This document shows positions 16,796 through 26,305 of a stretch of DNA of 41,767 nucleotides, piece after piece. Source of the DNA: Myxococcota bacterium (GTDB taxonomy: Bacteria > Myxococcota_C > UBA6777); assembly GCA_023150835.1 (NCBI GenBank), contig JAKLKB010000053.1, positions 1 to 41,767 of the forward strand, written 5' to 3'. The notes under the pieces are model-generated. The model saw only the letters and a list, made by a program, of their open reading frames with translations. It did not search any database and was not told the origin of the DNA. Position numbers and translations under genes: made by a program. Positions within the stretch are counted from its first letter, which is position 1, and each line of letters opens with the position of its first letter.

Positions 16796-18160
16796 TTAGA
16801 TGGTCATGGAAAAGATCTGCGTCTCGGGTTGTTTGCGCCACAGACGCAGATCAAAGGCCATGCAGATATTGCGCACAAACGCCCGTCCTTCGGTCGTCAC
16901 ACGCAATCCATCGGGCAAGATCTCGACCAGTCCATCGGCGGCCAGTTCCTGCAAACGCTCCAGCACTTGTGGTAGATCGACAAAGCGCTGCGAAGCCTCC
17001 GACCAACGGGTCTCCCAGTGACACATCACATCCAAGATATGCTGACGGATCAGCAGATCTTCGTTGTCCAACAAATGCCCCCGAAACACGGGAAGTTCCC
17101 CAGCCTCTAGCCGCTCTCGATACGCTTCGAGCGTTTTCTCGTTTTGTGCAAAAGCCCCCCACGCATCGCCGATCGCGGACACCCCCAACCCCACAAGCAA
17201 CGTCGTTTTGGAAGATGTGTAGCCCATAAAGTTCCGATGCAGGCGACCTTCTCGCGCAGCCTTTGCCATATCGTCCGAAGGTAGGGCAAAGTGATCCATC
17301 CCGATCTCGTTGTAGCCCAAAGATTCCAACCTCTGCTTGCCATGCTCGTACAAAGCCCGCTTTTGCGCATCTTTGGGCAGATCTTCTTCCGAATATCCCC
17401 GCTGCCCAACGCCTTTTACCCAAGGCACGTGCGCATAACTGTAAAAGGCGATCCGATCAGGACGCAATCTCCCCGTCTGTTCGATGGTTGCCGTCATGCT
17501 CTCCAACGTCTGAAACGGCAAACCATACACCAAGTCGTGACTCACCGAAGTATACCCGATATCCCGCGCCCACAGCGTCACGCGCTCCACATGCTCACGC
17601 GGTTGGATACGGTTGATCGTCTTTTGCACCTTCTCATCGTAATCTTGCACACCAAAGCTCACACGCCGAAATCCCAGATCATACAGCGTTTGCAGATGCT
17701 CTCGCGTGGTGTTGTTTGGATGCCCTTCCACGCTAAAGTGAACTTCTTCGCAAAGCTCCGATCCTGCAAAGATCCCTTCAAGCATCCAACGCAGATGGGC
17801 AGGAGAAAAAAACGTCGGCGTCCCCCCGCCCAAGTGGATCTCTCGGATACGCGGCCTTCGTGGAAACAAAGACCGATACATCTCCCACTCCCGCAAGATC
17901 AATTGTAGATAAGGCTCTTCCACATCATGATTGCGGGTAATCCGACGATTGCAGCCGCAAAAAGTACACAAACTCTCGCAAAAAGGCAGATGGATATAAA
18001 GGCTGATCCCTTCGTTCTCGTTGCTCTGCTCAAACGCTTGCCACACCGCTGCTTTCCAGCGCGGTATTTGGAAGCTCTCCGTGTCCCAATACGGAACGGT
18101 CGGATAACTCGTATAACGCGGCCCTGCTACATTGTACTTCTGGATCAATTCGCTCTGCAT
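16796..18160 (-). CDS. hemN: Oxygen-independent coproporphyrinogen III oxidase (radical SAM)
   Basis: GPRYTSYPT, YIHLPFC, CxxxCxxC (CESLCTFC), GGGTPT, IGMDHFALP, LHRNFMGY, RNICMAFD; 454 aa. Confidence 0.97.
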   Translation of the reverse strand: MQSELIQKYNVAGPRYTSYPTVPYWDTESFQIPRWKAAVWQAFEQSNENEGISLYIHLPFCESLCTFCGCNRRITRNHDVEEPYLQLILREWEMYRSLFPRRPRIREIHLGGGTPTFFSPAHLRWMLEGIFAGSELCEEVHFSVEGHPNNTTREHLQTLYDLGFRRVSFGVQDYDEKVQKTINRIQPREHVERVTLWARDIGYTSVSHDLVYGLPFQTLESMTATIEQTGRLRPDRIAFYSYAHVPWVKGVGQRGYSEEDLPKDAQKRALYEHGKQRLESLGYNEIGMDHFALPSDDMAKAAREGRLHRNFMGYTSSKTTLLVGLGVSAIGDAWGAFAQNEKTLEAYRERLEAGELPVFRGHLLDNEDLLIRQHILDVMCHWETRWSEASQRFVDLPQVLERLQELAADGLVEILPDGLRVTTEGRAFVRNICMAFDLRLWRKQPETQIFSMTI

Positions 18161-18256
18161 TCGCCCTGTTCTCCGTCTTTGCGCGCTCTACCGATCATCT
18201 CGCGCTTTTTGCTCCTTCCCCATACCACACAACCTCCCCCCACAAAAGGACGGATT

Positions 18257-18871
18257 TCACTCGTAGATCTGTCCGCACATCAAAAAGTCTTCAAAGTCTT
18301 CCCAAGTAATCGAAGACAGCGCCACAATGGGTTGTTCGATATCTTGTGGATCGACCGTCGCGATCTCGCCCGACTCTTCCATGACAGACACAGGCCCGGG
18401 CACCAAGACGCGCCCTGTGCTGTCGCCTTGTTGCCAGCCACCAAACGACCCCGCCATCGCGCATTCAAGATAAGCAAAGATATCAAAGTTGTACCAATGC
18501 GCCCCTCGCGGCGCGCTCATCCCAAAGTACCGATCTTCCTTTGCCAACAAGCCCGCTTCTTCCATCTCGCGCAGATCCACAATCTGACGGATCAATGTCG
18601 CCCGCCAGCCGCGATAATCGTCGCCTTCTTCTGCGCGCTGATCGTATCGCTCACGCCACGCCTCTTCAAACGGGGCGGCCTCTCCACCAAGCGCCCCGCT
18701 TAGCATCGACCACAACGCCTCGACAGAAAGCCGCTCTTCCTGTGCATAGCCTTGGGAGATCCCCAACAATGCGCGAAGATACTCTTCTAAAGAACGTGTC
18801 AGGCCCTTGTATTCGGAACGCAACCGCCCGATCGCAAGATACAGATCGCGGTTGGTTTGCAACGTCACCAT
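18257..18871 (-). CDS. Hypothetical acidic protein, DUF7660-like (possible immunity protein)
   Basis: GGAG RBS. WYN.DIFAYLECA and C-terminal TWEDFEDFLMCGQIYE resemble the WEN...FLEA / SW..FA..L..A..YE family. Confidence 0.55.
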   Translation of the reverse strand: MVTLQTNRDLYLAIGRLRSEYKGLTRSLEEYLRALLGISQGYAQEERLSVEALWSMLSGALGGEAAPFEEAWRERYDQRAEEGDDYRGWRATLIRQIVDLREMEEAGLLAKEDRYFGMSAPRGAHWYNFDIFAYLECAMAGSFGGWQQGDSTGRVLVPGPVSVMEESGEIATVDPQDIEQPIVALSSITWEDFEDFLMCGQIYE

Positions 18872-19164
18872 CGGAGACTCCTTGTGCTACACCGTGTTTT
18901 GGGAAAATGAGCGCTCTAGCTCAAGATCCACTCACGCAGCATCTTGCCGATGCACGACAATCACACAACCCCCCCTCTCCTGCTTTGTTGCATTTGCTCG
19001 CTTTTGCTTGACATTTTGCGATACACGCCGCAAATGCGTCACCACAAGCATCGCAGAACGACAAACCAAGCACCGCAACCAAAGACAAAGCATCTCACCA
19101 CCAGCACCAACGCGCTGCCACACAATGAGCTTTCTTCACCCTTTCCACCGCAAAGGAATTTTGC

Positions 19165-20418
19165 ATGACCGCAGAACGCAAGTACGACGTGATCTTATGG
19201 GGAGCCACCGGTTTTACGGGGCAACTCGTGGCCTCTTATCTCGCTCGCCAGTACGGGACGGACGGCACCCGACTTCGTTGGGCGATGGCGGGACGAAACC
19301 AACAAAAACTCACGCAAGTCCGAGACAGCTTGTTGCCGACTCCCTCGGAAAGTGCGCAGATTCCTCTCTTACAAGGGGATAGCGACGATCTCGACAGCCT
19401 CAAAGCCCTCGCCAAACAAACGCGAGTGATCTGCACCACCGTCGGACCTTACGCAAAATACGGCGAAAAACTGGTTGCGGCTTGCGTTGAAGAAGGTACG
19501 CATTATTGCGATCTAACGGGCGAACCACAGTTTATTCGCCGCATGATCGACGCCCACCACGACCAAGCCCAAGCCAACAAAGTCCGCATCACGCATTGTT
19601 GCGGATTTGATTCGATCCCTTCGGATATCGGAACCCTGTTGGTACAAGAAGAGATGCACAAGCGCCACAACACTTACTGCGAAGAAGTCAAATACTACGC
19701 TGGCCCTTCTTCGGGAGGCTTTAGCGGCGGCACGATCGCAAGCATGATGGTGTTACTCGAAGAAGCCAAAGACAAAAAAGTGCGGCGCATCCTCGGTGAC
19801 CCCTACGGTCTTAACCCCAAAGATTCCCCACGTGGACCCGATGGTTCCGATCAAATGAACGTGCGGTGGGACGCTGATCTCCAGCGATGGACCGCTCCGT
19901 TTGTGATGGCCAGTATCAACACCCGCATCGTCCGACGAACCAACGCCTTGCTCGGTTTCAAATACGGCCAAGATTTCCGATACAGCGAGGTGATGAGTCT
20001 GCCCAAGGGATGGCGCGGCTGGTGGATGGGCCAAACCGTCTCCCTCGGAATGCTCGGATTTACCGCTGTCTCCTCGATCAAGCCCCTGCGAAAACTTCTC
20101 CAAGCCACGATCCTCCCCGCCCCGGGACAAGGCCCCTCCCCCGAAGCCCAAGAAAAAGGCTACTTCACCACCTATCTGCTCGGAAAAGCCAAAGAACACC
20201 GACTCTACGGATTTATTCGTGGAGAACGCGACCCCGGCTACGGAAGCACCGCCATCATGCTTGCAGAGTCCGCCATCTGCCTCGCCAAAGATCAAGCCAA
20301 ACTCCCCCAACAATACGGCATCCTCACCCCTGCCACCGCCATGGGACACCCGCTGATCGAACGCTTGCGCGCCGCTGGCTTCACCCTCGAAGTCAATGAA
20401 TCCTTCCGCGCACGTTAA
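19165..20418 (+). CDS. Saccharopine dehydrogenase-like NADP-binding oxidoreductase (trans-acting enoyl reductase family)
   Basis: GATGFTG, AGRN, TTVGPY, YCDLTGE, CGFDSIPSD, DPGYGST, GILTPATAMG. Confidence 0.92.
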   Translation: MTAERKYDVILWGATGFTGQLVASYLARQYGTDGTRLRWAMAGRNQQKLTQVRDSLLPTPSESAQIPLLQGDSDDLDSLKALAKQTRVICTTVGPYAKYGEKLVAACVEEGTHYCDLTGEPQFIRRMIDAHHDQAQANKVRITHCCGFDSIPSDIGTLLVQEEMHKRHNTYCEEVKYYAGPSSGGFSGGTIASMMVLLEEAKDKKVRRILGDPYGLNPKDSPRGPDGSDQMNVRWDADLQRWTAPFVMASINTRIVRRTNALLGFKYGQDFRYSEVMSLPKGWRGWWMGQTVSLGMLGFTAVSSIKPLRKLLQATILPAPGQGPSPEAQEKGYFTTYLLGKAKEHRLYGFIRGERDPGYGSTAIMLAESAICLAKDQAKLPQQYGILTPATAMGHPLIERLRAAGFTLEVNESFRAR

Positions 20419-20610
20419 GACGAAATCCGCCCGTTGTGTGATCGTAAGGCAGCCCCCTGTGGCTGCCCAAGAATCGGGCGTCTACGAATGATGCTTTGTG
20501 TACTCATACGAAATCTGCCCGTTGTGTGATCGTAAGGCAGCCCCCTGTGGCTGCCCAAGAATCGGGCGTCTACGTACTGTCCTTTGTGTACACACCACTC
20601 GGATATCGTA
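20419..20610 (+). mobile_element. REP-carrying MITE with an 88-bp tandem duplication
   Basis: Two units (starting 20419 and 20507) each read (G/T)ACGAAATC(C/T)GCCC...GGCAGCCCCCTGTGGCTGCCC...GGGCGTCTACG. The element ends CGGATATCGTA at 20600-20610. Confidence 0.7.
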
Positions 20611-20626
20611 TCACTCGGATATCTGT

Positions 20627-20672
20627 AAAAGCACAAAAGCCCCGATACATCAAGTGTACCGAGGCTTTTGTG
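20627..20672 (-). terminator. Intrinsic terminator of ssrA
   Basis: Minus-strand hairpin CACAAAAGCCTCGGTACA / TGTATCGGGGCTTTTGTG followed by CTTTT, directly after the tmRNA 3' end. Confidence 0.75.
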
Positions 20673-20677
20673 TACTG

Positions 20678-21030
20678 TGGAGGTGGCGGGAATCGAACCC
20701 GCGTCCGAAGACATTCCGCAGATGGGTCTACGTGTGTAGTCATGTCCTTTAATCCTCATCCTCGGGACGCCGACGTGACAGGCTGCCGTTGGACCAGCTT
20801 CGATTTTTCTCATGTCTGGGCCTCGGAGCCAAACCCAAACACCAGCCCGCTAATGTGACATCTCTCTTGGTTCGCAGACATCACCAAGAAAAACGCTAAC
20901 TGTTCTTAGGCAGCTAGAGCAAGTTCAACGTTGTCGTTGGCACTTGAAAGTTTTCGGGTTGTTACAGGGCCACCCGATCCCTGACACGCACCATGTGCCT
21001 CCTGATCCCCGTCGAAACCTGAACACCCCC
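20678..21030 (-). ncRNA. ssrA: tmRNA (transfer-messenger RNA); tag ANDNVELALAA at 20941-20906
   Basis: 5' GGGGGTGTTCAGGTTTCGAC; 3' T-arm GCGGGTTCGATTCCCGC and acceptor CACCTCC-A with the alanyl G3-U wobble. Internal tag ORF ends LAA-stop. CCA is not fully encoded. Confidence 0.97.
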
Positions 21031-21324
21031 ATACGAGGGCAGCTTCGAGGACGGCTGCATCATGTAAACGGCTTCGAGACGCGCTTTCTGACAAAAAAGT
21101 TCATCTCCCCACCGCCAAGACGCACAAAGCATAAAGCCTTTCTCAAAGAGCGCAAGTTTTTTCTTTCGACACACCGCGCCAAAAAGAACCCCTCGCAGCC
21201 GATCGCCCCCGTCATATCCGCACAAATCGTTCTAAAGCGTTCCAACTCCCCGTACCCTCGGCTCATATAGACTTCAAACGTTCCAATCCACCGCTCTCTC
21301 CGCACAGGCTGTTCTTCATCTTTC

Positions 21325-22182
21325 CTAAAGCCCTGTCATCTCCGCACTGATCGACCACAACCGCTCTTGTTGTGTTCGATCATAAGAGATCTTTGAGGTG
21401 CGGCGGGCTTTTTTGTCCATAAAGTATTGTCCTGTGACGCCTTTGACTTCGGGAGAGATCGCAAGATAGACCGAAGTGGCGGCTCCTTTGCTGTTGTTGC
21501 GAGCAAACAGTTTTTGGGCCAGTTTTAAGACAGGCACAAAAAAACTCCGCACGTTGTGGCCAAAGCCCGTATCCACAAAACCCGGGTGCAGGGCGTTCAC
21601 GCAGATCCCCGTCCCTTCGAGACGACGCGCCATCTCGTAAGTGAACAAGACATTCATCAGCTTGCTTTCGCCATAGCGTCCCATCGCAGAATACGCCTTT
21701 GTCGCGTGGATATCTTCAAACGCGATCCCCTTGCGCGCAACGGCGTGCGCCCCCGAAGACACGTTGATCACCCGCGCCTCACCGTAGGTCTGGGCTGTTT
21801 GTTTCAAGCGCTCCAACAGCAGATTTGTCAACAGAAAATAGCTCAAATGGTTGAGCGCCATCGTCATCTCGTAGCCATCTACGGTCAACTTGCGCTCTTC
21901 GTAGATCGCCCCTGCGTTGTTCAGCAGCACGTCCAGCCGATCATAGCGCGCTAAAAAGGTCTCTGCGAGTCGGCGAATCTCCGACATCACGGACAGATCG
22001 GCCAGAATCGAATCTACCCGCGAATGCCCACAAACCGCTTGAATCTCTTTGACCGTAGCCTCGGTCTTTTCCGCACTTCTCCCCACCAACACCACCGTTG
22101 CACCAGCTTTGGCGATCTCCGTCGCGGCTTGCTTTCCGATGCCGTTGGTGGCCCCTGTAACAAGGACAACTTTCCCTTCCAT
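21325..22182 (-). CDS. Short-chain dehydrogenase/reductase (retinol dehydrogenase-like)
   Basis: TGATNGIG, LLNNAG, NHLSYFLLT, NVSS, YxxxK (YGESK), LHPGFV. Confidence 0.93.
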   Translation of the reverse strand: MEGKVVLVTGATNGIGKQAATEIAKAGATVVLVGRSAEKTEATVKEIQAVCGHSRVDSILADLSVMSEIRRLAETFLARYDRLDVLLNNAGAIYEERKLTVDGYEMTMALNHLSYFLLTNLLLERLKQTAQTYGEARVINVSSGAHAVARKGIAFEDIHATKAYSAMGRYGESKLMNVLFTYEMARRLEGTGICVNALHPGFVDTGFGHNVRSFFVPVLKLAQKLFARNNSKGAATSVYLAISPEVKGVTGQYFMDKKARRTSKISYDRTQQERLWSISAEMTGL

Positions 22183-22224
22183 GCACGCTCCTGTTTGTTT
22201 TGTTCTCTCGGTGCTGCCTTCGAC

Positions 22225-23682
22225 TTACTTGGTGGGGACTTCGAGATACTGGCGATCTTCGAGCTTGACGCGGCGCTTGAATTCCTTGGGAGTCATCAAG
22301 CAGGTCTCCAAAGCCCGACGCAACGCAGCCTCATCCAGATTGATCCCGATCATCACGATCTCTTGGCGGCGATCTCCATAAGGGGCTTTCCAGATCTTCT
22401 TGACGCCATCGGGCATCTCGCTGAGTTTGACCTCGCCTTGATGCAAGCGTGTGGCCCACCAAGGCCCCACAAATGAACAAGACGACGCATCACCCGCCAC
22501 CGACACAAAGCCGACCATATCGCCATAATCCCAGATCCAAGCAAACCCCTTGGCACGCAAAAGCCCGGGAAATGGCTTCTCCCAAAATCGCCCAAATCGC
22601 GCCGTGTCAAAAGGCAACCGCGCCTCGTACACAAACGACCGTAGTCCGTACTTTTTCTGATACGAAGGGACGTGATCGTGGGTGGGATCGTCGCACGTTG
22701 GATCGCCGCAATGCTGATGTCCGTGTTCGTGCGAATGCCCGTGTTCATGGGTATGATCATGATCGTGTTCACAGGCATGATCATGATCGTGTTCACAGGC
22801 ATGATCATGATCGTGTTCACAGGCATGATCATGTTCATGCTCGTGCGAATGCTCGTGTTCATGGGCATGATCATGTTCGTGGTGAGCCTCGGCATGGGCG
22901 TGTTCGGTGGCGGGTTCTTCTTGATGTTCGGCGTGATCTTCGAGGATCTTGATCCAAGTCGCCCCATCCAAGGTCTTTTCAGGATGAAATCGGCGTGTCA
23001 ACAAGATCTTCTTGGGATCGACGATCGAATGATTCGTACGGATCATCTCGGCGTGTTGATTGAGCGTGCGGATCATCGCTTCGAGGCGACCGAGTTCTTC
23101 CACTGACAGCAGATCCGATTTGTTGAGCAAGATCACATCTGCGCACTCGACTTGTTCGACCAGTAACTCAAACAGCGGTCGTTGGTTGGTTTCGAGCGGG
23201 GGCTGTTGACCCGCTTGAATTCGATCCCAATGGCCCAAGAAAAACTTGGAATCCACCACCGTGACCAGCGTATCCACCCGTACGATCTCCGCCAGCCGCT
23301 TCCCTTGGGCGTTTGGCTTGTAAAAGCTTTGCACCACGGCCAACGGCTCTGCGACGCCTGTGCATTCCACCAACATCGCATCATACGCCCCTTCACTGGC
23401 GAGTTTTGAAACCGTCTCCGCAAGATCGTCTTGAATCGAACAACACACGCAACCGTCGCTTAACTCGACCACTTGACCGGGAGGAAGCTGCGTTTGTTGC
23501 GAGCCTTCGCGGATCAACGAGGCGTCGATATTGATCTCGCCCATATCGTTCACCACGATCGCCACCCGCGTCCCATCCAGATTCTTCAACAAGTGATTGA
23601 CCAGCGTCGTTTTTCCCGCCCCCAAAAATCCCGAAAAGATCGTGACCGCAGGGCGCTTGTCTAACAAAATCGAATCGTTCAT
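22225..23682 (-). CDS. COG0523/CobW-family G3E GTPase metallochaperone with long His-rich insert
   Basis: GFLGAGKT, VNDMG, GCVCC, ECTG, NKSD, LRAKG, GDRRQEIV.IG. Start ATG 23682 with GGAG (ORF track starts at 23793). (HACEHDHD)n repeats. Confidence 0.93.
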   Translation of the reverse strand: MNDSILLDKRPAVTIFSGFLGAGKTTLVNHLLKNLDGTRVAIVVNDMGEINIDASLIREGSQQTQLPPGQVVELSDGCVCCSIQDDLAETVSKLASEGAYDAMLVECTGVAEPLAVVQSFYKPNAQGKRLAEIVRVDTLVTVVDSKFFLGHWDRIQAGQQPPLETNQRPLFELLVEQVECADVILLNKSDLLSVEELGRLEAMIRTLNQHAEMIRTNHSIVDPKKILLTRRFHPEKTLDGATWIKILEDHAEHQEEPATEHAHAEAHHEHDHAHEHEHSHEHEHDHACEHDHDHACEHDHDHACEHDHDHTHEHGHSHEHGHQHCGDPTCDDPTHDHVPSYQKKYGLRSFVYEARLPFDTARFGRFWEKPFPGLLRAKGFAWIWDYGDMVGFVSVAGDASSCSFVGPWWATRLHQGEVKLSEMPDGVKKIWKAPYGDRRQEIVMIGINLDEAALRRALETCLMTPKEFKRRVKLEDRQYLEVPTK

Positions 23683-23847
23683 CGAAAAAGTCTCCCCAGA
23701 CAGAAAGCATGAGCCTCCCACAAGCCGCACCAATACGCCTCGTTTGCGCGAAAGCTCCCTCAAAAGAGGTGGCATCATAATGCCCGCCCCCACGTTCGTC
23801 TATGACCAGCTTTCGTTTTCTGTTCCTTCAACGCAGCAACGGAATGA

Positions 23848-24000
23848 TCCGAGATCCGCCGATCATCAAGACGTAGGGGCAGCTCCCTGTGCCCAACAAC
23901 AGGGCGTCTCCAGCGGATCGCACAGACTCGAAAAGATCAGCACGGACGGCGAAAGGCGGTAAAATCGCCCAACAACAGAGCGTCTCCAGCGGCTCGCACC
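23848..24000 (+). repeat. Degenerate REP/MITE copy with a 33-bp direct repeat
   Basis: CGAGATCCGCC...GTAGGGGCAGCTCCCTGTGCCCAACAACAGGGCGTCT; GCCCAACAACAG(G/A)GCGTCTCCAGCGG(A/C)TCGCAC occurs twice. Confidence 0.55.
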
Positions 24001-24057
24001 GACCCAACGTGTACGTTACTCTCGGAGATCATCTACGCTGTAGATGAAACGGAGCCG

Positions 24058-26121
24058 TCATGGATTCGATGGCTGCAATGGAATCGAGGATCGGTTCGAT
24101 GGCTGCGAGAAGAGAGAGGATGGATGCGAGAAGAGAGAGGATGGATGCGAGAAGAGAGAGGATGGACGCGATAACGCCGATGGCCGCGATAACGCCGATG
24201 GTGGGCGCGAGGTCGGCAACGTTTGAAGCGCAAAGAACAGACGCTGTGCAGGCGCATAATCGGGAGAAAGCGCCAGCGCCTCCGTCACTTCTTTGAGGGC
24301 TTCTGAGTGCTGCTGCGTAAAAAACAAAGCCAGTGCCAGATTGTAACGCATCCGCGCAACAGAAGGCGCACGCTTGACCGCTTGTCTCGCGGGTTCGAGC
24401 GCCTCTCGGTAGCGCTTGATCTCCAGCAAACAGCCCGCCGCATTTTGCCAGCTTCGCAGATAGGTCGGATCGAGATGAGCCGCCCGCAAAAACAGACCTG
24501 CGGCCTGCTGACAACCCCCACGCATCCGCACCGCGTGCGCAAAATGGTACATCGCCCGCCCGTTGCTCGGATCGCGCATCACATCCGCCCGATACAACGT
24601 CAGATTGTCTTTCCAATGCCCTGCTTCTTGCGCCGTCGCCACACCGCCCCAAATCACCACCATCACCACCATCCCCCCGACCACCCGCCGCATCGAAACA
24701 GAAACAACCTCACGCATCACAACCGCCGCACCCATCGCCACGATCACCAACAACACCCACGGAAAATAAGCATAACGATTCCCCCAAAGCCCGATCATCG
24801 GCATCGACAACAGATGCGGTCCCCAACACAAACCGTAAGCCACCAACCCCCACAAGATCAAACCCCATGCACGCGCATCCAAATCCGCCTCACCCAACAC
24901 ATCGCTTGCCTCGGAGCCTTCGCCCTTCTTGCACTCGCCCCCCTTTACAAGAACTTCATCCATCCCCTCGGATGCCTCGCCCTCTTTGCACACTTCCATC
25001 CCCTCGGATGCCTCGCCCTCTTTGCACACTTCCATCCCCTCGACCTCTGCGCCCTCTTTGCACACACCCATCCCCTCGACCTCTGCGCCCTCTTTGCACA
25101 CATCCATCCCGACAAACACTCTATCGATTCTCTCGGATGCCTCGCCCTCTTCGCACACTCCCCTCTCCGCAAGAAGCCTCTCGACATGACGGTGCGACCG
25201 CCGCCATCGCCACACCACCCACACCATCACACACCCCACCAACGCTGCGCCACTGCCCCACAACCACGCAGGCATCGGATTATACGGCGCGATCGTTGGT
25301 GCGCCTTGCCACGAAAGCAACTGCACAGCATAACGCAGCCCGATCGTAAAAAAATGTTGGAGATGCTCCATGATCGGCGCATCGAGCTGCGCACTGTCTG
25401 AGCTAATCCCCAAGCTCCGTCGCACGACCATTACCATAAACACCGAAAAAATCGGCAAGATCGACAACACGAGGCTCCAACGAACACGACGCATCGGAGA
25501 GGACAAACACCATGGCAACAACGCAAGCAACAGCGGAAGCACCAGATAAGGCTCTTTGCACAACAACGCCCCCGCACAACACAACGCAGCCAACACCGCC
25601 GAAAACAACGTCCTCCAACGAAATGCTCCCTCTATCGGCCAAAACCACAACGCCAGCATCGCCAAAAACACCGCCATACCATCGTGCCGCCCCGTCAACC
25701 ACATCACCGTCTCCGTCATCAACGGATGCAACCAAAACAAAAAAGCCCCCAACCACGCCAACAGACGCCCACCCAACCAACGCCGCAGCAGCCCCCACAG
25801 CAACACCCCCACCCCCACATGCAACAACCCATTGATCAAACGGGCCTTGTGGACTTCTAATCCCCACCACCGCGCTTCCAACCAAAAACTCCACATCGGC
25901 AGCGGATGATACAATTGTGAAGAACGACCCGTCGCACCGCCCCACAAATCCGTCATCCACAACACCCGCCATCCGTCCGCACTCCGCAACGCAGGGTGGT
26001 ATTGCACCAGATACACATCATCCCAAACATACGCTCCCATCAGGTGCGGGCCGTACACCAACAAAAAACACAACATCCCCGCCACTCCAACAAAATACAC
26101 CTCCATTTTTTTCCATAACAT
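24058..26121 (-). CDS. TMTC-like GT-C glycosyltransferase (putative protein O-mannosyltransferase) with C-terminal TPRs
   Basis: WDD loop motif, YHPL, HPLMTETVMWLTGRHD, KE, NRYAYFP, WKDNLTLY, multiple TM helices and TPRs (YNLALALF). Start about 26121 (ORF track starts at 26340). Confidence 0.8.
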   Translation of the reverse strand: MLWKKMEVYFVGVAGMLCFLLVYGPHLMGAYVWDDVYLVQYHPALRSADGWRVLWMTDLWGGATGRSSQLYHPLPMWSFWLEARWWGLEVHKARLINGLLHVGVGVLLWGLLRRWLGGRLLAWLGAFLFWLHPLMTETVMWLTGRHDGMAVFLAMLALWFWPIEGAFRWRTLFSAVLAALCCAGALLCKEPYLVLPLLLALLPWCLSSPMRRVRWSLVLSILPIFSVFMVMVVRRSLGISSDSAQLDAPIMEHLQHFFTIGLRYAVQLLSWQGAPTIAPYNPMPAWLWGSGAALVGCVMVWVVWRWRRSHRHVERLLAERGVCEEGEASERIDRVFVGMDVCKEGAEVEGMGVCKEGAEVEGMEVCKEGEASEGMEVCKEGEASEGMDEVLVKGGECKKGEGSEASDVLGEADLDARAWGLILWGLVAYGLCWGPHLLSMPMIGLWGNRYAYFPWVLLVIVAMGAAVVMREVVSVSMRRVVGGMVVMVVIWGGVATAQEAGHWKDNLTLYRADVMRDPSNGRAMYHFAHAVRMRGGCQQAAGLFLRAAHLDPTYLRSWQNAAGCLLEIKRYREALEPARQAVKRAPSVARMRYNLALALFFTQQHSEALKEVTEALALSPDYAPAQRLFFALQTLPTSRPPSALSRPSALSRPSSLFSHPSSLFSHPSSLFSQPSNRSSIPLQPSNP
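24960..25157 (-). repeat. 36-bp in-frame repeats (EGMEVCKEGEAS) inside the GT-C gene
   Basis: Repeated units seen directly in DNA and protein. Confidence 0.85.
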
Positions 26122-26305
26122 CGGTATGTCTGCTCTCTGTGTTTTTTGGGTATGCACCACGCTCGCTTTTCTCCTTCTTTTCTTTGCAACGTCTCGATAC
26201 TTCGCCTTTTCTCTGTTTTTGATTCTTTCCTTCAACACCGCGATAACGCTATATTCTCCGCTGGTTCGCCCAGATCTACTCTCTTCCTCTCGCAGGAACG
26301 CAAGC

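Noticed and set aside
20419-20680. Genomic island integrated at the tmRNA 3' end
   Set aside because: No integrase, no duplicated ssrA 3' end, and ordinary metabolic genes on both sides.
20906-21094. 62-aa ORF ending ANDNVELALAA as a protein gene
   Set aside because: It is the tmRNA tag reading frame extended upstream by chance.
23887-24000. Two 33-bp direct repeats with a spacer, as a mini-CRISPR
   Set aside because: The sequence matches the REP-MITE core seen elsewhere; only two copies and no cas genes.
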